Assembly (NCBI RefSeq): GCF_037902255.1
Contig: NZ_CP147990.1
Coordinates: forward strand, 2,190,001 to 2,222,000
From: Candidatus Electrothrix sp. GW3-4
Lineage (GTDB): Bacteria > Desulfobacterota > Desulfobulbia > Desulfobulbales > Desulfobulbaceae
DNA length: 32,000 nucleotides
Direction of reading: 5' to 3'
Shown here piece by piece: positions 1 to 8,761 of this stretch (position 1 is the stretch's first letter; the number at the start of each line of letters is the position of its first letter). A program made the translations under genes and the position numbers. Below the pieces are notes generated by a model. It did no database searches and was not told the DNA's origin. It saw only the letters and a list, made by a program, of their open reading frames with translations.

Positions 1-453
1 AGGACAGTCGGTGTAGATCTCATCGATAATTCGCATCAATTTGAGGTTCAGTTCGCTCTCAACCGCTGGCTTGTAGTAATAGCGGGATCGACTGATGCCA
101 AGCAGCTCACATTGCCTCTGGATGCTGATCGACCTATGCTGAGAATCAATTAAATCAAGGGGATCCGAGTAGGGCTCAGACTTTTTTTTAAGCCAGTCCA
201 GCTCCATTTTCAGACGACCGATTTCTTCGTATAAGCGTTTTTCAGCCTTGCGGGAATCATCTTTTGCTTTACCGCGTTTTCGGCTGAATATTTCGGTTAC
301 TCCTTCTTTTAGCTGCTTTTTCCAGGTGCTAATCTGGTTTGGCTGAATCTCATACTGGGAGGCCAGTACATTAATCGGCTTTAGTTCTTTCAGTGCTTCA
401 AGTGCAACTTTTCCTTTAAATGCAGCTGAGTGGACTCTTCTTTTACGTGACAT
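1..453 (-). CDS. IS3-family transposase, first 151 codons (3' end outside window)
   Basis: My translation of rc(1-453): MSRKRRVHSAAFKGKVALEALKELKPINVLASQYEIQPNQISTWKKQLKEGVTEIFSRKRGKAKDDSRKAEKRLYEEIGRLKMELDWLKKKSEPYSDPLDLIDSQHRSISIQRQCELLGISRSRYYYKPAVESELNLKLMRIIDEIYTDCP. This is an OrfA-type HTH and leucine-zipper region followed, in the same frame, by the OrfB-type HTH (QRQCELLGISRSRYYY). The ORF is open to base 1. It is absent from the supplied ORF track because the window edge truncates it. Confidence 0.85.
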   Translation of the reverse strand, partial: MSRKRRVHSAAFKGKVALEALKELKPINVLASQYEIQPNQISTWKKQLKEGVTEIFSRKRGKAKDDSRKAEKRLYEEIGRLKMELDWLKKKSEPYSDPLDLIDSQHRSISIQRQCELLGISRSRYYYKPAVESELNLKLMRIIDEIYTDCP

Positions 454-571
454 GCGTAGATTCTCCGGTAGTGGCTGTATGAATTTCGGACTCGTGCCAA
501 GCGCACCAAAATACATTCAGCATTTTTAGAAAAAAATCTACCTTAAATAGCTGTCCAAGAATAGGGGTCCA
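1..571 (-). mobile_element. IS3-family insertion sequence, partial (one end plus the 5' part of the transposase; the rest lies beyond the window start)
   Basis: Carries the IS3-type transposase 5' region (1-453). The reverse complement (rc) of 564-571 reads TGGACCCC, a TG-initial terminus of the kind seen at IS3-family ends, 118 bp upstream of the ATG. This outer boundary is tentative. Confidence 0.6.
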
Positions 572-609
572 TTATACCCAAGCCGTTTAGGCGCTATTAA
601 TTTGCCGGG

Positions 610-1848
610 TTAATAACTTACAGTCAATTTATGCGGATTATCTGTAGCAAAAGCGGTAATAAAGAAAAGAGTAAAGAGACTAATAGCCAAGGGCTCATGC
701 ATCAGTAAAAGTATAATAATACAGAATACTAAGCTGCTATTCTCAGGAGCTAGCCACTTAGAAAAATTATAAATGAGGTATAAATAATAGCACAAGAAAA
801 TACCCCCGAACATATACCAAATCGAGATTATAGAATTTGAGATACCACCATCATAGATTTCCTTACTCTTATTTCGTTCGAGTATTAATAAATAATAGAA
901 ACTGCTAAAATCTTTTCCACATCCTATAAAAGGCTTTTCCATAGCTGCTCGCAGCCCAATATCGAAATCAATCCATCGTGTTTTTGCGCTGGAATCATTT
1001 TTCAAATCCCTGTGAAAAAATCTACTTAGCGCTCCAATACTTGTTTTCGGGCTGATATAGCTAGTAGCAGCAATAAGGGTCACCAGCATTATTAGGGAAA
1101 ATTGTATCACGAACTTTCCAGTGAACCGTTGCTTTCTAATCAGGAGTATATATTTGTAATAAAGGAAAAGGAAAAGGAAAATAGTGATAGCTCCCATTGA
1201 TACTGTCGATAGCACAGTTAAACAATATAGCCATGCTCTACGGTTATTATTCAAATGATAGGCCTTAAATAAATAGACAAAAGTTGTAAAAAAACCAAGC
1301 ACGCCAGGTTCCCAAAAAAAACCTTGATTTCTCATAAATCCATACTTTGCTATATCTGCAGCACGGGCATAGCCTAGCCCCAAGAAGGTAGTGACATTTC
1401 CCTGAACGTATAATTCTCCTGCGTTAAACATTAAATAGGAAGCAAATTTGCTGCCCAAATAGGGGACAACGTTAGATCCAATGAAGGTTATCAGTGAGAG
1501 CAGTGCTATTATCTCAAAAACAGAGCATAGACGTTCAACTAACAATTCATTACCAAGGGATAATAGGTACATTGACAGAATAATAGCCGTTATTATTTTA
1601 AAGATAAAGCTATAACTGTAAACATCGATCAATGAATCTCCACGAACAAGCACAAGCCCTGAAAATAGTATCAGTATAATGATCTGACGTACTATAGACT
1701 CTCGCACAAGAGCTATTTTTTTTGTGGAAAGAATTCCAAATATCGTAATTAATGCGATAAAAACATACATAAAATCAGTCTTATTAAGGACTACAAGAAT
1801 ACTGCCGGATACTACAAAAATTAGTAGTAATAATATACTGTAAATCAT
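610..1848 (-). CDS. Polytopic membrane protein, O-antigen polymerase/ligase-like (Wzy-type)
   Basis: 412 aa, almost entirely hydrophobic with many TM-length stretches. It has one larger loop (RFFHRDLKNDSSAKTRWIDFDIGLRAAMEKPFIGCGKDFSSFY) like the Wzy_C/O-antigen-ligase loop. It overlaps the upstream GT2 gene by 4 nt. Very AT-rich. Confidence 0.6.
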   Translation of the reverse strand: MIYSILLLLIFVVSGSILVVLNKTDFMYVFIALITIFGILSTKKIALVRESIVRQIIILILFSGLVLVRGDSLIDVYSYSFIFKIITAIILSMYLLSLGNELLVERLCSVFEIIALLSLITFIGSNVVPYLGSKFASYLMFNAGELYVQGNVTTFLGLGYARAADIAKYGFMRNQGFFWEPGVLGFFTTFVYLFKAYHLNNNRRAWLYCLTVLSTVSMGAITIFLFLFLYYKYILLIRKQRFTGKFVIQFSLIMLVTLIAATSYISPKTSIGALSRFFHRDLKNDSSAKTRWIDFDIGLRAAMEKPFIGCGKDFSSFYYLLILERNKSKEIYDGGISNSIISIWYMFGGIFLCYYLYLIYNFSKWLAPENSSLVFCIIILLLMHEPLAISLFTLFFITAFATDNPHKLTVSY

Positions 1849-2696
1849 GGCATTTTGACAGAATCAATAATCGCACGGTTTTCTATGTGACTACCACGCA
1901 AAGCATTTAATATCATTATAAAAGGCAATATGAGGACAAATATATTTCTGAATTTTCGTAGCGTATATGCCCAGTTACGCGCTAAATAATAACGGGAGAA
2001 CTCAGATTTATGCCCGCCAGTAGAAATGCTAATCTTATGTTGGAGATGGATACTTGGAATGTAATATAATCTAACCTTAGCCTTATGCAGTTCCTTGCAG
2101 AATACGTAGTCATCCTGATACACAAAAAGCTGCTCCCACATACGAATACCTGTCCGCTGGAAAATACCCTTACGGATAATTAGGGAGCAAGTCGGAGCAT
2201 AATTAATGCGGAAAAGCTCACGGCCCAACAATTTATCACGTTTATTATGTCCAAAATGCACCGGTCCACCCTTAAAATAACTTAATCTGCCACCTGCATA
2301 CCATATCTTTTCCCCCCGACCGTGGTAAAATATTTTTGGGGCAAGTGCTTCCACATTTGGGTGGGTTTGCATTATTTCGACCTGTTTCTCCAGAAAATTA
2401 GAGTCGACTATTATATCATTATTCAGAAATAATATATGTGTAATATCATCCTGGGCAATATAATGTTCTATACCCTGATTATTCCCTCTTGCAACTCCCT
2501 CATTTTTTTCATTCCTGAAGAACATAAAGGGAAAATTTGAGTTATTACGAATATATGTTTCACAATATTGTTCATCAACTTCATTCTCAATAAATAAAAT
2601 ATCAAATTCTGACCATGTCTGTGCATTCATACTATTGATGAAGCCTTCAATGACGCTGGATGATTTGTAAAGGACTGTTATAATGCCGATCTTCAT
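1845..2696 (-). CDS. Family-2 glycosyltransferase (rhamnosyltransferase-like)
   Basis: 283 aa. The N-terminal MKIGIITVLYKSS...FINSMNAQT...ILFIENE, NEGVARGNNQGI and LFLNNDIIV (DxD-like) are typical of the GT2 fold. It overlaps both neighbouring genes by 4 nt. Confidence 0.8.
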   Translation of the reverse strand: MKIGIITVLYKSSSVIEGFINSMNAQTWSEFDILFIENEVDEQYCETYIRNNSNFPFMFFRNEKNEGVARGNNQGIEHYIAQDDITHILFLNNDIIVDSNFLEKQVEIMQTHPNVEALAPKIFYHGRGEKIWYAGGRLSYFKGGPVHFGHNKRDKLLGRELFRINYAPTCSLIIRKGIFQRTGIRMWEQLFVYQDDYVFCKELHKAKVRLYYIPSIHLQHKISISTGGHKSEFSRYYLARNWAYTLRKFRNIFVLILPFIMILNALRGSHIENRAIIDSVKMP

Positions 2697-3820
2697 TTAA
2701 ATAACCCCTTGTCACGCATTTCCTGAAGTGACTCTTGGTAGCCGTTATCGTTAACATCTTGCGTCATCACCCAAGCAATAAACATACTGATTCCCTGCTC
2801 AAATGATACTTTCGGTTGGAACCCAAGCTTTTTATTAATCCTAGTCAGATCGGCATAATTATGACGAATATCGCCAAGCCTAAAGTTGCCAGTAATATGA
2901 ATCCTGCCTGAGGACCTATATTTTTCTTTCAAAACATGTGCAATGGTAAGCACGTCAGTAGAGACGCCGGAACCAACATTGAACGCGCCCAAGTGTACCG
3001 TTTCAGATTCGATACCCAGAATTGTTGCTTCAACAGCATCATCAATGTAAACAAAATCTCTACTTTCAAGACCGTCCTCAAATACATTGATATTTTTATC
3101 TTGTCGCAATTGTGTTGAGAATATTGAAAGAATCCCAGTATACGGATTGCATAAAGCTTGGCCAGGACCGTAAACGTTCTGATAGCGAAAGACGAGGCTA
3201 TCAATTCCGATAGCTTGCCCGACAGTTAGAACCATTTGTTCTTGATTTTGTTTCGTAATGCCATAGATCGAAGTTGGGTGAATCGTGGAATCTTCGTCAG
3301 TAGCTACAAGTGATAATGAACCACCGGTAACTGGACATTTACACTCGAAATCACCGTTTAAAAGATCCTCTTTACTTCTTAAACCAGGATAAACATAACC
3401 GGCTTCACTCCGATATTTACCTTCCCCATAAATAGCGCGAGAGGAGGCAACTATAACTTTAGATATAGAGCATTCTCCTTTAGCAAGGATATCCAGCAAT
3501 ATTGCTGTACCTCTAGTGTTTACATCAACATATCGTTCAATTTCATACATTGATTGCCCTGTACCGGTCTCAGCGGCAAGATGAACCACCACATCTTGCC
3601 CTTGCAGAGAAATGAGCCAATCCTCACGACGTTGGACGCTACCATGAACGAACCTGACTTTTCCATCAATTTCCTTAAAGAGGCTAGATTGCCCCGGTGA
3701 CTTTCCATGAATTTGCGGAGCTAACGAATCAAGAACCGTAACCTTATGTCCACGTTTGTTTAATGCAAGTGAAAGCCTTGAGCCTATAAACCCTGCACCA
3801 CCAGTTATCAAAATCTTCAA
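2693..3820 (-). CDS. NAD-dependent epimerase/dehydratase (extended SDR)
   Basis: 375 aa. MKILITGGAGFIGS Rossmann motif, catalytic YxxxK in SIYGITKQN, and an ASSRAIYG serine region. It is the first gene of the epimerase-GT2-Wzy-like block; its upstream region is now IS debris. Confidence 0.85.
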   Translation of the reverse strand: MKILITGGAGFIGSRLSLALNKRGHKVTVLDSLAPQIHGKSPGQSSLFKEIDGKVRFVHGSVQRREDWLISLQGQDVVVHLAAETGTGQSMYEIERYVDVNTRGTAILLDILAKGECSISKVIVASSRAIYGEGKYRSEAGYVYPGLRSKEDLLNGDFECKCPVTGGSLSLVATDEDSTIHPTSIYGITKQNQEQMVLTVGQAIGIDSLVFRYQNVYGPGQALCNPYTGILSIFSTQLRQDKNINVFEDGLESRDFVYIDDAVEATILGIESETVHLGAFNVGSGVSTDVLTIAHVLKEKYRSSGRIHITGNFRLGDIRHNYADLTRINKKLGFQPKVSFEQGISMFIAWVMTQDVNDNGYQESLQEMRDKGLFK

Positions 3821-3900
3821 TCACTACCCCTCAGTTGGAATCGCATTAATAGCCAGAAATAAATAATCCCCCCTAGAGGCGGTGTTTTTGAGTTTACCCC

Positions 3901-3979
3901 TAAGAGCCTGTTTAAAAACTTTTCTCAACTTTCTGAGTTGCTTAACATGTTGTTAGATCGTTAAAATGTTCTGATCATC
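3901..3979 (+). mobile_element. Remnant left end of an IS related to the 888-bp IS5-family element (solo IR)
   Basis: 3904-3919 GAGCCTGTTTAAAAAC is identical to the left IR of the 888-bp element (9340, 19980) and is preceded by TAA. The sequence after the IR diverges. The remnant is cut by insertion of 1,658-bp IS copy 1 at 3980. Confidence 0.5.
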
Positions 3980-3985
3980 TATCTA

Positions 3986-5643
3986 GAGCATCCTCAAAAA
4001 GCTAACCTCTCATACAGGCAATACTGCAAGACTTGCCTTGGCATTTGTTCAAAGAACGCCAAAAATCGAGCGATAATATGATTCAGCTGGCTGCGTAAAA
4101 GTAAAAACCGTGAAAGATATAAATTTTCAAGCTGTTCCTGCAACTTCCTGAGCAGAACCATCAGATTCATGACCAGGAAGATACAGTTGATCCATGCTTC
4201 AGAGGTTCTCTGAAGTTTTGCCCGGATGTAGTTGAGTCGGTAGCCGTTTTTTCCTTGGCCAAATTTCCCCTCAATGGGGATCCGTTCTCGACTATCCCGA
4301 ATTCGTTGTGCTTTCAGTTCCCGAAGACGTTCTTTGTTTTCTTCTGTCTCTTTCGGGGACCTGCCCAATCGTTTACCACCAAATCGAATACCTTTCTCTT
4401 TGAGATATTTACGGTTTTCTCTTGTTCCGTAAATCTGATCAGCCAGTACGACTGCCGGATAGTAACCATTCCGGCGCTTGTAACTCTCCACTTGCTCACG
4501 CAAATCCGTGCCTTCGTTGAAGGCATCCCAACCAATATGATCGACAAAAGCCAAACCATCGACCATGCTCACGCTGAGTTTGGCACCGAACTCCACATTT
4601 TTACCTGCTTTCCCACGAACTATCGGTCGTACATGAGGTTGGGCAATGGAAACAATTCGGTCATCGCAGCGTCGTTTTCGTTTTTTATACATCTCATCCT
4701 GCTGGCGATACACATGCTGAATGATCCAATACTGTCGTTGTTGCTGATGGGGAAGTGGAAAAGGTGCCGTTTCAACATTGTCAAGCAACTCATCAATATA
4801 TCGCAGATTTCTTCGGATGTACTGTAATTGCTGCCGAAGTCCGCGCCGCAGAATTTTTCGGCCTGGTTTCTTTTTCTTAGCCAGATTCAGGTAGTTTTTA
4901 CGGGCAAGTCTCCGATATGTTCTGGGCTTTTTGGCGTAGTCACTCTGTTTGTACAGATCATCAATCAGCTGCTCGGAAATCTCACGAGCTTCGTTGAGTA
5001 AACTCAGATCAGTCGGGTAACGAATCGCTTGCTCAGCAACCGTTGCATCGACAAGCATTTTTCCCTTATTTTCAACGGGCTCTTCCTGACTCTCATCCTC
5101 TTTTTCGTCTTCATTTGCCGTACTTTTCTTTGAGAGAGCAAGTTTTTCCAAAATCACTTCTTCAAAAGCAGAAAAAACATCTTTTCCCATGCGCTTGCGA
5201 ATTTCAACAAACAGGCTGGGAGCTAGAGGTCGCTTGTCTTGAAAACAAGAAAATCCAACAAAATATTGAAGATAGGGATTCTCCTGGATCTGAAGTACGG
5301 TTTCTTCATCACTGAGCGTCAACTTGTGCTTAATGATTAACGCGCCGATCACCAATCTGGCATCTTTGGCTGGTCGTCCTTGATGCGGGTCCAAAGTTCG
5401 ATAATATCTGATGGCGAACTCATCCCACGGAATAACTTTATGCCATTTGATCCATCTGTTTTCAGGGTTCAGTTTACCTCCAAACGGAAGGCTGAATCCT
5501 TCAAGTGTAAGCTGTCTGTCACTGGTGTACCTGATCATGTGCATGCCTTATGAGGGGGTGAACGTCAAAAACATGCATATTTTACAATATTTTTACAACT
5601 TTTTCATTTAAAATCAGCGCACTGAGGCTTTTTAAGGGCAATC
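3986..5643 (-). mobile_element. IS5/IS1182-type insertion sequence, copy 1 (1,658 bp)
   Basis: Ends are defined by comparing three copies. Imperfect terminal IRs: GAGCATCCTCAAAAAGC versus rc GATTGCCCTTAAAAAGC, 12/17 matches. Flanked by the direct repeat TATCTA (3980-3985 and 5644-5649). Confidence 0.9.
3994..5544 (-). CDS. IS5/IS1182-family DDE transposase (516 aa)
   Basis: The N-terminal MIRYTSDRQLTLEGFSLPFGGKLNPENRWIKW...IPWDEF is the DUF772-type transposase N-domain. The C-terminal half is DDE-like (VDATVAEQAIRYPTDLSLL...VLADQIYGT...IEGKFGQGK). Identical protein to 6703-8253. Confidence 0.9.
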   Translation of the reverse strand: MHMIRYTSDRQLTLEGFSLPFGGKLNPENRWIKWHKVIPWDEFAIRYYRTLDPHQGRPAKDARLVIGALIIKHKLTLSDEETVLQIQENPYLQYFVGFSCFQDKRPLAPSLFVEIRKRMGKDVFSAFEEVILEKLALSKKSTANEDEKEDESQEEPVENKGKMLVDATVAEQAIRYPTDLSLLNEAREISEQLIDDLYKQSDYAKKPRTYRRLARKNYLNLAKKKKPGRKILRRGLRQQLQYIRRNLRYIDELLDNVETAPFPLPHQQQRQYWIIQHVYRQQDEMYKKRKRRCDDRIVSIAQPHVRPIVRGKAGKNVEFGAKLSVSMVDGLAFVDHIGWDAFNEGTDLREQVESYKRRNGYYPAVVLADQIYGTRENRKYLKEKGIRFGGKRLGRSPKETEENKERLRELKAQRIRDSRERIPIEGKFGQGKNGYRLNYIRAKLQRTSEAWINCIFLVMNLMVLLRKLQEQLENLYLSRFLLLRSQLNHIIARFLAFFEQMPRQVLQYCLYERLAF

Positions 5644-5788
5644 TATCTATAGCAGGAAAAAATTCCTTATAAAATCATTACATCTTTTCATCAAATAATT
5701 GCAATTGAGCATAATGTCATCAATAATCGATGAGGCGAGCAGTGGCATTTAAATCCGCAAAACCAACGAAATACATCAAGTCAGAAAA

Positions 5789-5990
5789 TTGAGACTTTTT
5801 GAAGCTTTACTGCTGAACCATTTCATACCATAATTTTCTTTTCAACGGCAACAAACAATGAAAGGGAAAACAAGATGGAACGAGCCAGCTACAGCATAGA
5901 CCTCACTGACAGACAATTTGAAATTATTAAAAAATATCTGACTGTTACAGATTTAGGGGAGCCCCGCGAAATCCCCCCGAGAGAAGCGGA
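5789..5990 (+). pseudogene. Remnant of a relative of the 888-bp IS5-family element (5' UTR and first ~20-35 codons)
   Basis: 5789-5874 parallels the 5' UTR of the 888-bp element (GAGACTTT..CTTTACTGCTGAA..CATAATTTTCTTTTCA). ATG at 5875 gives MERASYSIDLTDRQFEIIKKYL, versus MERASYSTDLTNIQFEIINKFL in the intact copies. Homology decays by about 5990. The right boundary is approximate. Confidence 0.65.
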
Positions 5991-6694
5991 AATTAAAAGG
6001 TTCTGTAACCAACAATCATGATACCGTTTTCCGTTCAGTTGTTCATCCGGACTTTGTAGACCTGCATGCTTTTTTACCGCAGCTGGATTTTGCGGCGCAA
6101 AGTTTTTGATAAGTGCCCATCCCCGGATATTACGTTCAGCCGTTTCGCGAGAACCATGAAAGTACCTTGTGTTGTAAAGATGCCGATTCATTCCTTGCAT
6201 CAGCCTGTCGATCATATTGCTGATTCTGTGACAGCCATCATGTTTATATGACTCCGAATATTCGGAAATATTGTTTCTTAATTTGTTAATTGGCTTCAGG
6301 ATGGATTCCGGGTATGAATCCCGTTCCCCGACCTCTGCGAGTCTTCTCACTTTTTGTGAGAATGAACGTCGGGTAGGACCCTGGAAACATTGCCAAAGTG
6401 CCGATGCAACGTTCAGAAATACGTCTCTATATTTTTTCTTGGAACCGTCTCGCATCTTTATGTAAATATGAAGAAAACAGCATAGAATACATATTGTCGG
6501 GAAAAGATGACGGAATGCATTTCGCGTGGCGGCCCAACCGTCGATATTGACCGTGTCAGGCGAATAAGCTGGATCTACATCCAGCGCTTCCCGTCTAAAA
6601 ACATCATACCCACGGAGTAAACCGACGTTACCTGCACTTTCAGCTACTGCTACGCCGAGAATGCATCCGTTGCCGACAGTTGTCGGTATAAGTA
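5950..6694 (-). pseudogene. C-terminal ~245 codons of a DDE transposase of unassigned family (N-terminus missing)
   Basis: The listed ORF 5889-6455 extends in frame, without stops, up to 6694 by my translation: LIPTTVGNGCILGVAVAESAGNVGLLRGYDVFRREALDVDPAYSPDTVNIDGWAATRNAFRHLFPTICILCCFLHIYIKMRDGSKKKY... The IDGW..A..A.. motif, the later CHRISNMIDRL and the tail GLQSPDEQLNGKRYHDCWLQNLL look like a transposase catalytic core and tail. The left boundary is approximate because it overlaps the remnant at 5789-5990. Confidence 0.5.
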
Positions 6695-8352
6695 GAGCAT
6701 CCTCAAAAAGCTAACCTCTCATACAGGCAATACTGCAAGACTTGCCTTGGCATTTGTTCAAAGAACGCCAAAAATCGAGCGATAATATGATTCAGCTGGC
6801 TGCGTAAAAGTAAAAACCGTGAAAGATATAAATTTTCAAGCTGTTCCTGCAACTTCCTGAGCAGAACCATCAGATTCATGACCAGGAAGATACAGTTGAT
6901 CCATGCTTCAGAGGTTCTCTGAAGTTTTGCCCGGATGTAGTTGAGTCGGTAGCCGTTTTTTCCTTGGCCAAATTTCCCCTCAATGGGGATCCGTTCTCGA
7001 CTATCCCGAATTCGTTGTGCTTTCAGTTCCCGAAGACGTTCTTTGTTTTCTTCTGTCTCTTTCGGGGACCTGCCCAATCGTTTACCACCAAATCGAATAC
7101 CTTTCTCTTTGAGATATTTACGGTTTTCTCTTGTTCCGTAAATCTGATCAGCCAGTACGACTGCCGGATAGTAACCATTCCGGCGCTTGTAACTCTCCAC
7201 TTGCTCACGCAAATCCGTGCCTTCGTTGAAGGCATCCCAACCAATATGATCGACAAAAGCCAAACCATCGACCATGCTCACGCTGAGTTTGGCACCGAAC
7301 TCCACATTTTTACCTGCTTTCCCACGAACTATCGGTCGTACATGAGGTTGGGCAATGGAAACAATTCGGTCATCGCAGCGTCGTTTTCGTTTTTTATACA
7401 TCTCATCCTGCTGGCGATACACATGCTGAATGATCCAATACTGTCGTTGTTGCTGATGGGGAAGTGGAAAAGGTGCCGTTTCAACATTGTCAAGCAACTC
7501 ATCAATATATCGCAGATTTCTTCGGATGTACTGTAATTGCTGCCGAAGTCCGCGCCGCAGAATTTTTCGGCCTGGTTTCTTTTTCTTAGCCAGATTCAGG
7601 TAGTTTTTACGGGCAAGTCTCCGATATGTTCTGGGCTTTTTGGCGTAGTCACTCTGTTTGTACAGATCATCAATCAGCTGCTCGGAAATCTCACGAGCTT
7701 CGTTGAGTAAACTCAGATCAGTCGGGTAACGAATCGCTTGCTCAGCAACCGTTGCATCGACAAGCATTTTTCCCTTATTTTCAACGGGCTCTTCCTGACT
7801 CTCATCCTCTTTTTCGTCTTCATTTGCCGTACTTTTCTTTGAGAGAGCAAGTTTTTCCAAAATCACTTCTTCAAAAGCAGAAAAAACATCTTTTCCCATG
7901 CGCTTGCGAATTTCAACAAACAGGCTGGGAGCTAGAGGTCGCTTGTCTTGAAAACAAGAAAATCCAACAAAATATTGAAGATAGGGATTCTCCTGGATCT
8001 GAAGTACGGTTTCTTCATCACTGAGCGTCAACTTGTGCTTAATGATTAACGCGCCGATCACCAATCTGGCATCTTTGGCTGGTCGTCCTTGATGCGGGTC
8101 CAAAGTTCGATAATATCTGATGGCGAACTCATCCCACGGAATAACTTTATGCCATTTGATCCATCTGTTTTCAGGGTTCAGTTTACCTCCAAACGGAAGG
8201 CTGAATCCTTCAAGTGTAAGCTGTCTGTCACTGGTGTACCTGATCATGTGCATGCCTTATGAGGGGGTGAACGTCAAAAACATGCATATTTTACAATATT
8301 TTTACAACTTTTTCATTTAAAATCAGTGCACTGAGGCTTTTTAAGGGCAATC
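6695..8352 (-). mobile_element. IS5/IS1182-type insertion sequence, copy 2 (1,658 bp)
   Basis: Same length and ends as copy 1, at an offset of 2,709 bp. All listed ORFs, sense and antisense, are identical. I saw a single difference (C5618 versus T8327). Flanked by TAAGTA (6689-6694 and 8353-8358). Confidence 0.9.
6703..8253 (-). CDS. IS5/IS1182-family DDE transposase (516 aa), identical to copy 1
   Basis: The translation in the ORF track is identical to 3994-5544. Confidence 0.9.
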   Translation of the reverse strand: MHMIRYTSDRQLTLEGFSLPFGGKLNPENRWIKWHKVIPWDEFAIRYYRTLDPHQGRPAKDARLVIGALIIKHKLTLSDEETVLQIQENPYLQYFVGFSCFQDKRPLAPSLFVEIRKRMGKDVFSAFEEVILEKLALSKKSTANEDEKEDESQEEPVENKGKMLVDATVAEQAIRYPTDLSLLNEAREISEQLIDDLYKQSDYAKKPRTYRRLARKNYLNLAKKKKPGRKILRRGLRQQLQYIRRNLRYIDELLDNVETAPFPLPHQQQRQYWIIQHVYRQQDEMYKKRKRRCDDRIVSIAQPHVRPIVRGKAGKNVEFGAKLSVSMVDGLAFVDHIGWDAFNEGTDLREQVESYKRRNGYYPAVVLADQIYGTRENRKYLKEKGIRFGGKRLGRSPKETEENKERLRELKAQRIRDSRERIPIEGKFGQGKNGYRLNYIRAKLQRTSEAWINCIFLVMNLMVLLRKLQEQLENLYLSRFLLLRSQLNHIIARFLAFFEQMPRQVLQYCLYERLAF

Positions 8353-8365
8353 TAAGTAGTCGGCC

Positions 8366-8635
8366 TTAAATAATCGACACCTCAGGGGCTTTAAAATTAA
8401 TGGAAAAATCTCGTCCGAATCCGGTCAGAATGTTCTTCAAAGCGCTTTCGAGAGTTTTCATGTTTTCATAGTCAGCAGGCTTCAACCATTCATATTTTAT
8501 CTTTCTCCACAGGATCTCAATGAGATTCAGGTGAGGACTGTATCGGGGAAGGAAAAATATGTACAAATCCGGCTCCTTCCATTCTTCTATTTTTTCTTTG
8601 AACGCGGCGCTGCTGTGGACCGAAGCATTGTCCAT
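8366..8635 (-). pseudogene. IS630-family transposase, C-terminal fragment
   Basis: DNASVHSS...FFLPRYSPHLNLIEILWRKIKYEWL is the DDE_3 (IS630/Tc1-like) C-terminal signature with the last D and E. Only 89 codons remain. The upstream part is replaced by the IS200-type element. Confidence 0.75.
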
Positions 8636-8643
8636 AATAATAA

Positions 8644-8670
8644 AAAACCGAGCCCGGAGGGCCCGGTTTT
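8644..8670 (-). terminator. GC-rich hairpin with U-tract (intrinsic-terminator-like on the minus strand)
   Basis: AAAACCGAGCCC-GGA-GGGCCCGGTTTT: a 12-bp stem with one mismatch. Read on the minus strand it is followed by TTATTATTA, extending the U-run. It lies downstream of IS200 tnpA. Confidence 0.45.
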
Positions 8671-8698
8671 ACGATAACCCCTAAAAGGGGATAAAATG

Positions 8699-8723
8699 CT
8701 TTTGCCCCCAGAGGGGGCAAAAG
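8699..8723. repeat. Subterminal hairpin downstream of tnpA (IS200 right-end-like)
   Basis: CTTTTGCCCCC-AGA-GGGGGCAAAAG: a perfect 11-bp stem with a 3-nt loop. Confidence 0.7.
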
Positions 8724-8761
8724 TGAGCTGCCCTCTTTATTAAACTGACATTTGGGAAGAG

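Noticed and set aside
4255-4827. A 190-aa antisense ORF inside the IS transposase gene, repeated at 6964-7536 and partly at 18902-19201, along with other 60-99-aa ORFs in these elements
   Set aside because: These are shadow ORFs on the opposite strand of a well-supported transposase. They are low-complexity and hydrophobic with no recognisable motifs. They are conserved only because the IS copies are identical.
5650-5788. A 139-bp AT-rich stretch between IS copy 1 and the IS5-family remnant: possibly a 200-bp insertion that makes one giant disrupted IS running from 3904 to 9336
   Set aside because: A degenerate IR-like sequence (GTCAGAAAATTGAGAC) sits directly before the remnant at about 5780. 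The solo IR at 3904 is therefore more simply a separate remnant. The single-ancestral-element idea cannot be supported from this window.
3980-8358. Two near-identical 1,658-bp IS copies in direct orientation flanking 1 kb, which looks like a composite transposon
   Set aside because: Each copy has its own matching 6-bp flanking repeat (TATCTA versus TAAGTA), so they inserted independently. The bracketed segment is only IS debris with no cargo gene.
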